64,000 nucleotides of DNA from Campylobacterales bacterium (GCA_027066435.1 JAMONX010000046.1:32895-96894), one strand, 5' to 3'. Positions 1 to 8,656 are shown, counted from the stretch's first letter. The notes: generated by a model from the letters alone, not told the origin. Program-made: numbers and translations.

Positions 1-4
1 TGGG

Positions 5-1276
5 ATGAATTTTTATGATAAAGATTATAATCTTCTCTTTTCTAAATCAATTCCATTAGAAAATACCAAAAGTTATAAGAAATTTATTGTTTCTGGAACT
101 TCAAATCAGCAAACAACATATATTCAAGCTTGGATTTGGAGTAGTGCTGGTGAATCTAAAGGAGAAGTGATTTTGGATGAGTTAAAAATCGGTACAAACG
201 ATTGTTACGATTATGTTATACCATCATCACTACCACCAAAAGGGATTGCAATAGATAAAGCACCCCAATTTGTAGTAATAGGCTTTGATGACAATACAAA
301 ATCAGATGGCATAGAGTGGGCATTAGATATGTTCAGCAGCAAGAAAAATGCAGATGGCAGTGATGCAAGAGTAAGTTTTTATATGAATACAATAGGATTA
401 TATGAAGAGATAGAAGATAACACAAGTAAGCTACTAGATGCGATGATAGCACTTAAAAATAGTACTCATGAGATAGCAAACCATACCCGTAATCATCATA
501 GAGATTTAAATTATAGTAACCCCCAAAATATTACTCAACTAGATGCAGCACAATGGCACAATCGCATAAAAGATGTATCTGATAATTTGATTGATAAAGT
601 TGGTATTTTACAGAGTGATATTGTAGGATTTAGAGCACCATTTTTACTTTACAACCAACATATGTTAGAAGAACTACAATCTCAAAACTTTCTCTATGAT
701 TGCTCCATTGAAGAGGGATATGCTCCTGAATTTAACGGTACAAATTTTAGGTGGCCTTATCAACTCAATGAAGGTTCACCAGGTCACAGTGAAGGGTGGT
801 ATGGAAACCCAGAAAATAGTGAGTTTGTAAAACTTAATCCTGTTGAAGGATTATGGGAAATTCCAAACCATGTTTTTATGATACCAAAAGATAATGAGTG
901 CCAAAAATATGGCATAGAGATTGGATTATGGAGTAGAATATTGGAAAATGTACCATATTTGAGTGACTTTAAAATAACTGGGTTTGATTACAATCTTTGG
1001 AGTGTTGCAAAGCTAAATAAAGCCGAAGTACTTGGAATATTAAAATACAATCTTGATTTAAGACTTCAAGGAAATAGAGCACCATTTATGATTGGTGCTC
1101 ACACACAATACTATACAGATAGTTGGTCAGAAGCTAATGCACCAAATGCCACAACTACACAGATGAGAGAAGCCATTAGTGAATTTATTGACTATGCACT
1201 TAGTAAACCTGAAGTGAGAGTTCGTCCTGGAGTTGATATTGTCAATTGGTGTGCTAACCCAACACAAATAAATTAG
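5..1276 (+). CDS. Polysaccharide deacetylase (NodB/CE4-type) family protein, probably N-terminally truncated by the window edge
   Basis: The frame stays open to the window start. NodB-like motifs FVVIGFDDNT and NHTRNH (H-T-x-x-H). The first ~65 aa look like the end of a beta-sandwich binding module. Confidence 0.6.
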   Translation: MNFYDKDYNLLFSKSIPLENTKSYKKFIVSGTSNQQTTYIQAWIWSSAGESKGEVILDELKIGTNDCYDYVIPSSLPPKGIAIDKAPQFVVIGFDDNTKSDGIEWALDMFSSKKNADGSDARVSFYMNTIGLYEEIEDNTSKLLDAMIALKNSTHEIANHTRNHHRDLNYSNPQNITQLDAAQWHNRIKDVSDNLIDKVGILQSDIVGFRAPFLLYNQHMLEELQSQNFLYDCSIEEGYAPEFNGTNFRWPYQLNEGSPGHSEGWYGNPENSEFVKLNPVEGLWEIPNHVFMIPKDNECQKYGIEIGLWSRILENVPYLSDFKITGFDYNLWSVAKLNKAEVLGILKYNLDLRLQGNRAPFMIGAHTQYYTDSWSEANAPNATTTQMREAISEFIDYALSKPEVRVRPGVDIVNWCANPTQIN

Positions 1277-1284
1277 GAGTTTAT

Positions 1285-1689
1285 ATGAAAAGAACAATTT
1301 TACTTATGATTACATCCTTACTACTGATAGGATGTGGTTCAAATGAGACAAAAGATAGTGCAATAGACAAAACATCAAAAAAATATTTTGGAATGCTTTC
1401 AAATGCTACAGTAAATATATATGAACTAGGAGGAGCTAAAAAACTTCTATTTAGTGAAAAAACCTCAACGGGTAAAATGATGGATGATATAGGAAACTTC
1501 AATGACTACTCTAACTCATTTGACTCCAAAAAATTTTATCTATATGAAGTAAGTGGTGGAGAAAACTGGGATATAGACAAAGATGCAAAGCTAGATAAAA
1601 TCCCAACTACCAATGATAAATTTTATAGATCTATCTACAAAGGGAGTAGAAGTCATGTAGCCTGGTGGTCATCTACAACAACTTCTTAA
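1285..1689 (+). CDS. Hypothetical lipoprotein
   Basis: Signal peptide plus lipobox MKRTILLMITSLLLIG|CGSN. AGGAG lies 5 nt upstream of the ATG. Family not recognised. Confidence 0.5.
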   Translation: MKRTILLMITSLLLIGCGSNETKDSAIDKTSKKYFGMLSNATVNIYELGGAKKLLFSEKTSTGKMMDDIGNFNDYSNSFDSKKFYLYEVSGGENWDIDKDAKLDKIPTTNDKFYRSIYKGSRSHVAWWSSTTTS

Positions 1690-2527
1690 GCTCCCCAAGA
1701 AGTTCAATATAATTTTTCACAAAGCTATCATTTTTCAAACTACTAAAAAGTGAAACTTCAAAACTTCCTTTAACACTTTGTGAAAAGATATAAACTCTAT
1801 TTTTATCAAATATAACCCACATAGGAACTTTTAAATTCTCTTTAAATATTTTTAATTTTTCTAAAAAGTCATTTCTTAGATTTGATGTACCATTTTGGGA
1901 ATATAACAACCAATCATCATCAAGAGTTCCCACAAGTTTTAGTCCCATGTGAGGTGGGTTTAGATAATCCCCTGCTTCAAAAACTGGTGTTCTTGCAGTT
2001 TTTTGACCGATAAGATATTTTTGATTTACACGGGGAGTGAGTTCTAACTCTACAAATAGTCCTTTAAATCTTGTTGTACCGTGTCTACCCTCTTCTGTAT
2101 CTATCTTTGCACTCTCTAGTGTTACAAACCAAAAATGAAGAGTTTGATTTTTAACTTTTAAACTTACACAACCATCACTTTGACTCTCATCTAACTTGTG
2201 TGAAAAGAACTTTAAATCATTAAATTTATCTATATCAATTTTAAGATTGGGGGCATACTTATAATCTAAATCAACTTCTTTTAAAATTTTTGGGATCAGA
2301 AAAGTTTGGACTTCATTTTTGTATTTGGTATTTATAAAATAATAACTTCCAATAAGAACTATAAATGAAATAATAAGTGAGGGTATAAAATTTGAGCGAA
2401 ATTTTATAAAAAAAAGTATATTTACAGACAATACCACAAGAGCAATTATGCCAAACTTTTTAAGTTCAGCAACTCTTTGCATCTCAAGTGTATTTAAGAT
2501 GCTAAGTATCTCTTGTGAATTTTCCAT
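1673..2527 (-). CDS. Hypothetical membrane protein (two N-terminal TM helices plus a soluble domain)
   Basis: 284-aa ORF with hydrophobic segments IIALVVLSVNILFFI and LIISFIVLIGSYYFI. Reminiscent of DUF3137-type proteins, but I cannot verify that. Confidence 0.45.
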   Translation of the reverse strand: MENSQEILSILNTLEMQRVAELKKFGIIALVVLSVNILFFIKFRSNFIPSLIISFIVLIGSYYFINTKYKNEVQTFLIPKILKEVDLDYKYAPNLKIDIDKFNDLKFFSHKLDESQSDGCVSLKVKNQTLHFWFVTLESAKIDTEEGRHGTTRFKGLFVELELTPRVNQKYLIGQKTARTPVFEAGDYLNPPHMGLKLVGTLDDDWLLYSQNGTSNLRNDFLEKLKIFKENLKVPMWVIFDKNRVYIFSQSVKGSFEVSLFSSLKNDSFVKNYIELLGELKKLL

Positions 2528-2531
2528 AATT

Positions 2532-3737
2532 TTAGTGTAAATCCTCGTTTAGTTTTACCTCTCTTGTGCTTCTAAAAGCTTTTATAGAACCACTCACACT
2601 ATCTTGTCTAAAGTGAATACCGTTTAAACTTGCTAATACTCCAGCTTTAAAAACATCAGTATCTATGCTTTTCCAATCAGGATTTGCATCTTTGATTTTA
2701 TTAAACTCTTCAGTTGAAATCGTTACTTTTGTACCTTCTAAGATAGTCACTCCTGCATCTACAATGCATCCATCACCTAACGGAACACCTGTAACAGAGT
2801 TCGCTCCTAAAAGAGTGTTTTCTCCGATACTTATAGGATTTCCATCTGTGCCACTAAGCACTCCTAAAATTGAAGCTCCTCCACCAACATCACTACCACT
2901 CCCAACAATCGCTGATGAACTAATACGACCTTCAACCATAACAGGTCCTGTTGTTCCTGCATTGAAGTTTATATAACTAGCCCCTGGCATGACTGTTGTT
3001 CCGCTGTGAAGTTGAGCTCCCATTCTTACTTTACTTGACTCTAAAATTCTTGTATTGTCAGCTGGAATGATATGTTGTAAAAATCTAGGAAATTTATCAA
3101 CTGAGTTTATTTCTGGATACATTCCATCTAGTTTTAAAGATATCTCATTTTCTCTTAGCCAATCTAGCTCTATTGGCATATTACCACTCCAAGCAACATT
3201 TGCAAGTATTCCAAATGCACCGTTTAAGTTTACAGACCTTAAAGCTACCTTTGAGGTAGAGAGAGCATAAAGTTTTAGATAAACACTCTCAACACTCTTA
3301 GGAGCTTCATCTTCAAAAATAAAGACTACTTTATATGAAGTTTGATCAATCATCTCAGATGCAAAAAGTTCGTTTAGGTGCTTAATCACTTGTACATTTT
3401 TGTGTTCTTCACCCGTTGCCTCATCAAGATATGGAGAAAAAGCACTCATAGCATTTGCCACAAATTCATGTGAAATGGAAGCTACAAATTCACTTCCACT
3501 AAAATCCACATAAATCCCACTCTCTTTAAGAGCCGCTACAAAAACAGCAGCTGAACCAAAATTTTCATTCCAGTTGATAATAGGATAAGTAGCCTGTAGG
3601 ATTTTTTCTGTATTTTTTTGTCCTCTATCTACCCTAGCAATTCCAAAACCAATCGGCTCTTTATAATTTTTAATCTTTTTAGTCTCTTCAACTAAAGCCT
3701 TAAAATCATCACTACTTGATATCACCTGTATCGCCAT
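2532..3737 (-). CDS. dapD: 2,3,4,5-tetrahydropyridine-2,6-dicarboxylate N-succinyltransferase (long form)
   Basis: 401 aa. C-terminal hexapeptide-repeat beta-helix (GTTVMPGASYINFNAGTTGPVMVEGRISSSAIVGSGSDVGGGASILGVLSG). A long N-terminal domain as in epsilonproteobacterial DapD. AGGAG RBS inside the upstream gene's 3' end. Confidence 0.7.
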   Translation of the reverse strand: MAIQVISSSDDFKALVEETKKIKNYKEPIGFGIARVDRGQKNTEKILQATYPIINWNENFGSAAVFVAALKESGIYVDFSGSEFVASISHEFVANAMSAFSPYLDEATGEEHKNVQVIKHLNELFASEMIDQTSYKVVFIFEDEAPKSVESVYLKLYALSTSKVALRSVNLNGAFGILANVAWSGNMPIELDWLRENEISLKLDGMYPEINSVDKFPRFLQHIIPADNTRILESSKVRMGAQLHSGTTVMPGASYINFNAGTTGPVMVEGRISSSAIVGSGSDVGGGASILGVLSGTDGNPISIGENTLLGANSVTGVPLGDGCIVDAGVTILEGTKVTISTEEFNKIKDANPDWKSIDTDVFKAGVLASLNGIHFRQDSVSGSIKAFRSTREVKLNEDLH

Positions 3738-3739
3738 TT

Positions 3740-5203
3740 TTATCTCCTGTCACTTCTTGATTTGTTTGATCTTCCTCTTTGACCTCCACCGCCTTCACGG
3801 TTACTTCGCCCTCTTCCTCCTCGGTTGTTTCTACCTCGATTTCTTCCTCGGTTTCCACCTTTATCTCCGCCACCTTTTTCATATCTTTCAAAAAGTTTGC
3901 CAACCTCTGCTGTAGATTTTCCTATCTTATTTGAGCCTTTTATATCATTTGCTTTATATAACATAGATGCAAGTTTTAATGCTATATCTTCATCAACAAA
4001 ATCTTTTTTAAGTATTTCAACTAACTCTCGTGCAATATCGCTAATATCTTGAGTTTTTATATCTTCTATCAAAGTATCTTTATTTTTCATCTGAACATCT
4101 TGGATAGTTGGAATCACTTTTGACTCTAACTTACTTCCAACATCTTTTTGAATCTTTTTAAGAGAGTTAAACTCATGCGGAGTTACGATAGAGATAGCCA
4201 ATCCCTCTTTTCCAGCTCGACCAGTTCGTCCTATTCTGTGAACATAGCTCTCAGAATCAAACGGTATATGATAGTTAAAAACATGACTCACATCACTCAC
4301 ATCAAGACCTCTAGCTGCTACATCTGTTGCTATAAGAGTCTCTATACTTCCTCTTTTAAATGCTTTTATAACTTCTTCTCTTTGTCTTTGCTCCATATCT
4401 CCGTGAAGACCTTTTGCAATTTGTCCTCTTGAAACTAGAAAAGTTGAGAGTCTATCAACCTCTTTTTTAGTACGACAAAAGACTATACTTTTAGTTGGAT
4501 TTTTATAATCCATAAGACGAATTAAAGCATCATCCCTCTCCCTCTCATCAACAACATAGTAATACTGTTTAATATTTTCATTTGTTGAGTTTTTCTTTGT
4601 AATAGTTACAAACTCTGGACGATAAAGGATAGTTTTAGAAAGCTCTTTTATCGGTGGAGGCATAGTCGCTGAAAACATCAAAGTTTGTCTAGGTCCATCA
4701 AAATGCTTAAAAATCTCCTTTATATCATCTAAAAATCCCATATCAAGCATCTCATCTGCTTCATCTAAAACCACATATTTTGGTGATATTTTTATCTGCC
4801 CATTTGAAAGAAGATCTAAAAAACGACCAGGAGTAGCAACTATAACAGAAGCTTTTTCAATGTGTTTTATCTGCCTTGTATATGAACTTCCTCCATAAAC
4901 TGTAGCTGTGTTTATCCCTAAATACTTACCAAATCTAAATATCTCATCACTCACTTGTGTCGCTAACTCACGAGTAGGAACAATAACAACAGCCTCAACC
5001 CCACTCTTACAATCCATCAAGTTTAAAACTGGCAAACCAAATGCTGCCGTTTTTCCTGTACCAGTATGAGCTTGAGCTACTATATCTTTACCATCTAATA
5101 CGATAGGTATCGCCTCAGCCTGCACGGGGCTTGGCTCTTTAAAACCAGCATCTTTGATAGCTTTTGCTAACTGTGGTTTAAAATTAAAATCTTCAAAATT
5201 CAT
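3740..5203 (-). CDS. DEAD-box ATP-dependent RNA helicase with an RGG-rich C-terminal tail
   Basis: Q-motif region FKEPSPVQ, motif I AHTGTGKTAAF, motif II VLDEADEM, SAT, and HRIGRTGRAG. The last ~44 aa are Arg/Gly low-complexity. Confidence 0.9.
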   Translation of the reverse strand: MNFEDFNFKPQLAKAIKDAGFKEPSPVQAEAIPIVLDGKDIVAQAHTGTGKTAAFGLPVLNLMDCKSGVEAVVIVPTRELATQVSDEIFRFGKYLGINTATVYGGSSYTRQIKHIEKASVIVATPGRFLDLLSNGQIKISPKYVVLDEADEMLDMGFLDDIKEIFKHFDGPRQTLMFSATMPPPIKELSKTILYRPEFVTITKKNSTNENIKQYYYVVDERERDDALIRLMDYKNPTKSIVFCRTKKEVDRLSTFLVSRGQIAKGLHGDMEQRQREEVIKAFKRGSIETLIATDVAARGLDVSDVSHVFNYHIPFDSESYVHRIGRTGRAGKEGLAISIVTPHEFNSLKKIQKDVGSKLESKVIPTIQDVQMKNKDTLIEDIKTQDISDIARELVEILKKDFVDEDIALKLASMLYKANDIKGSNKIGKSTAEVGKLFERYEKGGGDKGGNRGRNRGRNNRGGRGRSNREGGGGQRGRSNKSRSDRR

Positions 5204-5323
5204 CTATTTTTTCTTTGTGTTAATATCATAAAAACCGTATTTATATAACCGACTATTATCATTAACTATTAAAAATTGTGAAATTTGTTGGTTATTAGGA
5301 GTCTTCATGTGTTTTTATATTAG

Positions 5324-5360
5324 CCAAAGTTAGCTTTTAATATACCTTTGGTGTTTTTTT
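5324..5360 (+). terminator. Weak terminator-like hairpin plus T7 run following an 8-codon mini-ORF
   Basis: CCAAAG (5324-5329) pairs with CTTTGG (5346-5351) around a 16-nt loop, followed by TGTTTTTTT (T7 at 5354-5360). The stem is only 6 bp. Confidence 0.25.
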
Positions 5361-5397
5361 ACTAATTTTTCATAAAAACTTTCTAAATATTAAACAT

Positions 5398-5432
5398 TGA
5401 CATGACTTTGACACAACTTATTGATAAAATTC
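5398..5432 (+). promoter_or_regulatory. Promoter module copy 1: tandem 11-bp TGACAYRACTT repeats plus an extended -10
   Basis: TGACATGACTT (5398-5408), TGACACAACTT (5409-5419), then TGATAAAAT (TG at 5422-23, -10 TAAAAT at 5425-5430). 29/35 identical to 8251-8285. AAGGAG and the ATG of the 5460 ORF lie downstream. Confidence 0.55.
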
Positions 5433-5459
5433 ATTTTATAAAAATTAAGGAGATTTAAA

Positions 5460-5654
5460 ATGAGATGGATAGAATCATTCAAATACGCTCTAAATAAACA
5501 AGATATACAAACTATAGGTCAACTTATAAATAACTTGCCTGAATTTAATAAAATTGAAGATATGAGAAGTGCTTATACTGTTATAGGTGAAGCAAAAAAG
5601 CAATTTGAAGATACTCAATTGTTAATTCAACAAAAAATGAATAGATTTCATTAA
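5460..5654 (+). CDS. Small hypothetical protein (64 aa)
   Basis: ORF with AAGGAG 7 nt upstream, placed directly behind promoter module copy 1. No recognisable family. Confidence 0.4.
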   Translation: MRWIESFKYALNKQDIQTIGQLINNLPEFNKIEDMRSAYTVIGEAKKQFEDTQLLIQQKMNRFH

Positions 5655-5771
5655 TTAGCTAATAAATTAAATTATCTTAATTTAATTTTAAAAACAAACA
5701 CTATTTTTATAGTTTTCTTAACTTGAATTGGCTATAATTATGAAGTATATTTAATTTAAAATAGGTATAAA

Positions 5772-6434
5772 ATGTATAATAATCTAAAAGATAAAACAAT
5801 TCTCTATATAGAAGATGATGAAGTTGTTTTAAAAAACATATCAAAACTTCTTGGGAACTATTTTGCAGGTATTCATACAGCTTGTGATGGAGAACAAGGG
5901 TACAAGCAGTTTGTTAACAAAGATGTTGATTTGCTCATTGTTGATATAGAGCTACCTAAAATAAATGGTATCGAATTAATTAAAAAAATCCGTAAACTTG
6001 ATGACAATATACCTATAGTCGTTATTTCAGCATATACAAAAACTGATTATTTACTAGAGTCAGTTGAATTAAAACTTGATAAATATATCGTCAAGCCATT
6101 TACCTCAAAAAAATTACATAAATTATTACAAAAATTAGATGAGAGTTTCTTGGGTGGTAACTCATTTAAATTGATAGAAGATATACAAATAGATAAAGAA
6201 TTTAGCACTATGAAAGTAGGTGGAGAGACTTTTACATTGACAAACAAAGAGCTTGAATTTTTAGAAACTTTATCTTTAAAGGGAAATGTAACTTATGATG
6301 ATATAGATATATTATGGGTAGATCATCCACCTTCTCCAGATGCTATAAGATCATTTATAAAATCACTTAGAAAAAAATTGCCTAAAGATCTACTTAAAAA
6401 TAGACAAAGCTTGGGCTATTTTATAGAAAAATAG
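5772..6434 (+). CDS. OmpR/PhoB-family response regulator (REC plus winged helix)
   Basis: Receiver motifs ILYIEDDEVV and DLLIVDIELPKINGIEL, with K in VKPF. C-terminal trans_reg_C-like LTNKELEFLETL...SLGYFIEK. TATAAT at 5733-5738, 33 nt upstream. Confidence 0.85.
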   Translation: MYNNLKDKTILYIEDDEVVLKNISKLLGNYFAGIHTACDGEQGYKQFVNKDVDLLIVDIELPKINGIELIKKIRKLDDNIPIVVISAYTKTDYLLESVELKLDKYIVKPFTSKKLHKLLQKLDESFLGGNSFKLIEDIQIDKEFSTMKVGGETFTLTNKELEFLETLSLKGNVTYDDIDILWVDHPPSPDAIRSFIKSLRKKLPKDLLKNRQSLGYFIEK

Positions 6435-6443
6435 TTTCTCATT

Positions 6444-8201
6444 ATGAAATACCAACTATCAAAAAGACGATTGATAATACTTATTGTATTATTTCCGCTC
6501 ACAGTTTTGTTGGTTTATGGTTTTATGACTTACCTTTTTTTATCATATATACAACAAGATGATATGGATAAAGAGGTCTTAAATTTTGAAAAAAGTTTTG
6601 TTGACATTGAAAAAGAGAGACTCAAAGAAAAAGTAAATTCCCTCACCCAATATATAAGCTATTATGATGAAAAAAGTAGCGATAAAATCAAAAAAGATAT
6701 AAGAAGTATTGTTAATGTAAGTGCCGATATTGTAAATAATATTTATAGAAAGTATAGAGGCAAACTAGAGTGGAAAGATATCCAAAAGATTATTTTAGCT
6801 GCTTTAAAAGATATAAAATATGCAGATAATTATGGTCACCTTTTTATCATAAATAAAAAAGGATATGCTTACCAACATTTTGATAAAAATCTTGAAAGAA
6901 AAGTAATTTTAGATATTGAAGATGATTATGGGAAAAAATTTGTAAGAGAATTTAATGAAGTTATAGCACAAGATGGATATGGTTTTGTAGGCTATAACTG
7001 GTATAAACCAAATAACTATACTAATAGTATGTATTATAAAATCTCATACATTAAAAAACTCAACTGTTACAATTGGTACATAGGAGCTGGTGCATATATA
7101 GATGAAATCCAAGAGTTTGCAAAACAAGATATTTTAAAGTACCTTAAATCAAATGCACTATTTACAGATGGTTACTTTTTTATCATTGATGGCAACGCAA
7201 ATCCCATCTTTTACCCCAAAAACAAAGAAAAACTTCCACTAAAGCAGTTTACAAAAATAGGTTCTCATGTAGATGGGGAAAATATGTATCATATTAACTA
7301 TATCAGCAACTATAATTGGTATCTTGTAGCGGCTAGAAGCCTAGAGCATATCGGTCAAGATATAGATAAAAAGAGAGAAAAAGATATAGGTAAAAGAGAG
7401 ATGAATATGCAAACAAATCTCCTGCTTTTAGGATTGGCTTGGTTGATATCAATGCTCTTATCACTATATCTCTCAACAATTATCTATAGACAAATAAGAG
7501 GTTATGAAAAACAGATAAACCAAAGCAATGATAAGATGATGTTTCAATCGAAACAAGCACTAATAGGTGAACTCTTTAGTATGATTGCACACCAATGGAG
7601 ACAACCTATAAATAAAATTGCATCTATCATTGCTCTTGTTAGATTTGAGTTAGAAAATGACAAAATTTCAAAAGAGGATTTAGATAAGAATTTTGAAGAA
7701 ATTGAAGATAGTATAGAGTTTATGAGTGAAACGATAGATGACTTTAGGACATTTTACAAACCCACAACTAGTACAAAACTTGTAAATTTGAAGACTCTAA
7801 TAACTAGATCTATCTTCTTTTTGAAAAACTCAATCCAAAAACATGATATAAAAGTTGTTACAGAGCTTGAAGATATAGAGATGGAATTATATCGCAATGA
7901 GTTTTTACAAGTTATGCTAAATCTTATTAAAAATGGAATAGATGCAATAGGCGATCAAGGTGTTCTTATCATAAAACTATATAAACACCAAGGAGACAAA
8001 GTCATCATCTCTGTTGAAAATAGTGGAAAGAGTATCGATAAAGATGTAATGAAAAAGATATTTGAACCATACTTCACCACAAAAGACGACTCTATGGGGC
8101 TAGGACTCTATATGACAAAGATAATTGTAGAAAAACATATGAAAGGGGAGATAGTAGTAGAACCTCTTAAAGATGGTACTATCTTCACAATAATATTATA
8201 A
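6444..8201 (+). CDS. Sensor histidine kinase with periplasmic Cache-type domain(s)
   Basis: N-terminal TM helix. Cache_2-like GHLFIINKKGYAYQH...GFVGYNWYKP...WYIGAGAYIDEI. A second TM helix. H-box IAHQWRQPIN. ATPase boxes NLIKNGIDA and DSMGLGLYMTK. Confidence 0.85.
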   Translation: MKYQLSKRRLIILIVLFPLTVLLVYGFMTYLFLSYIQQDDMDKEVLNFEKSFVDIEKERLKEKVNSLTQYISYYDEKSSDKIKKDIRSIVNVSADIVNNIYRKYRGKLEWKDIQKIILAALKDIKYADNYGHLFIINKKGYAYQHFDKNLERKVILDIEDDYGKKFVREFNEVIAQDGYGFVGYNWYKPNNYTNSMYYKISYIKKLNCYNWYIGAGAYIDEIQEFAKQDILKYLKSNALFTDGYFFIIDGNANPIFYPKNKEKLPLKQFTKIGSHVDGENMYHINYISNYNWYLVAARSLEHIGQDIDKKREKDIGKREMNMQTNLLLLGLAWLISMLLSLYLSTIIYRQIRGYEKQINQSNDKMMFQSKQALIGELFSMIAHQWRQPINKIASIIALVRFELENDKISKEDLDKNFEEIEDSIEFMSETIDDFRTFYKPTTSTKLVNLKTLITRSIFFLKNSIQKHDIKVVTELEDIEMELYRNEFLQVMLNLIKNGIDAIGDQGVLIIKLYKHQGDKVIISVENSGKSIDKDVMKKIFEPYFTTKDDSMGLGLYMTKIIVEKHMKGEIVVEPLKDGTIFTIIL

Positions 8202-8250
8202 CCTGGAATATTTTGAACTTTTTACTAAAAAAGTAAAAATACTTAACTAA

Positions 8251-8285
8251 TGACACAACTTTGACACAACCTATTGTTATACTTC
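8251..8285 (+). promoter_or_regulatory. Promoter module copy 2: tandem 11-bp TGACACAAC repeats plus an extended -10
   Basis: TGACACAACTT (8251-8261), TGACACAACCT (8262-8272), then TGTTATACT (TG at 8275-76, -10 TATACT at 8278-8283). Same register as copy 1. Confidence 0.55.
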
Positions 8286-8321
8286 TTACAGAATTAGAAA
8301 TATAACATAAAAGGAAGAGAT

Positions 8322-8441
8322 ATGAAGTTTATAAGCAAGAGGTTACAAAACATTGACGCACTTTTAGAGCAGCTAATAAATCTACTCATAACAAACAAGC
8401 AACCGCAAGCCGAGTTTGCAGTCGCTAGATGCAAGGTGTAG
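8322..8441 (+). CDS. Possible 39-aa small protein (MKFISKRLQNIDALLEQLINLLITNKQPQAEFAVARCKV)
   Basis: Not in the ORF track because it is too short. AAGGAAG lies 6 nt upstream. It sits behind promoter module copy 2, and its stop is 2 nt before the next ATG. Confidence 0.25.
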   Translation: MKFISKRLQNIDALLEQLINLLITNKQPQAEFAVARCKV

Positions 8442-8443
8442 AG

Positions 8444-8656
8444 ATGCAAGACCTTAAAAAAATATCAAGCAAAGATATAGCAGAGGCTGTAGGGAAAACG
8501 GCTCCAGCAATAAGCTACCTAAAAAAAAGAAATGCTAATGAGTTTTCACTACTAAAACTCGGTGTATTATGTACAAAGCTAAACTTAGACGATGAAGATC
8601 TTATGGCGATGCATACACTAAAACAAATCGGACTTAAAAATAGAATAGCTTGTTAA
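8444..8656 (+). CDS. Small helix-turn-helix protein (71 aa; the ORF track starts it at 8429)
   Basis: HTH-like SSKDIAEAVGKTAPAISYLKKRN. AGGTG lies 5 nt upstream of the ATG at 8444. Confidence 0.4.
   Translation: MQDLKKISSKDIAEAVGKTAPAISYLKKRNANEFSLLKLGVLCTKLNLDDEDLMAMHTLKQIGLKNRIAC

Noticed and set aside
2665-2976. Many 60-140 aa ORFs in the track lie antisense to, or out of frame within, long well-supported genes. Examples: 2665-2976, 3055-3270, 3825-4052, 10146-10409, 13741-13977, 15377-15775, 25968-26390, 26825-27079, 28471-28737, 46669-46866, 50152-50490 and 54615-54902.
   Set aside because: They are shadow ORFs. They have no SD or start context. Their low-complexity or hydrophobic composition mirrors the real gene on the other strand. 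All are fully nested in genes with strong motif support.
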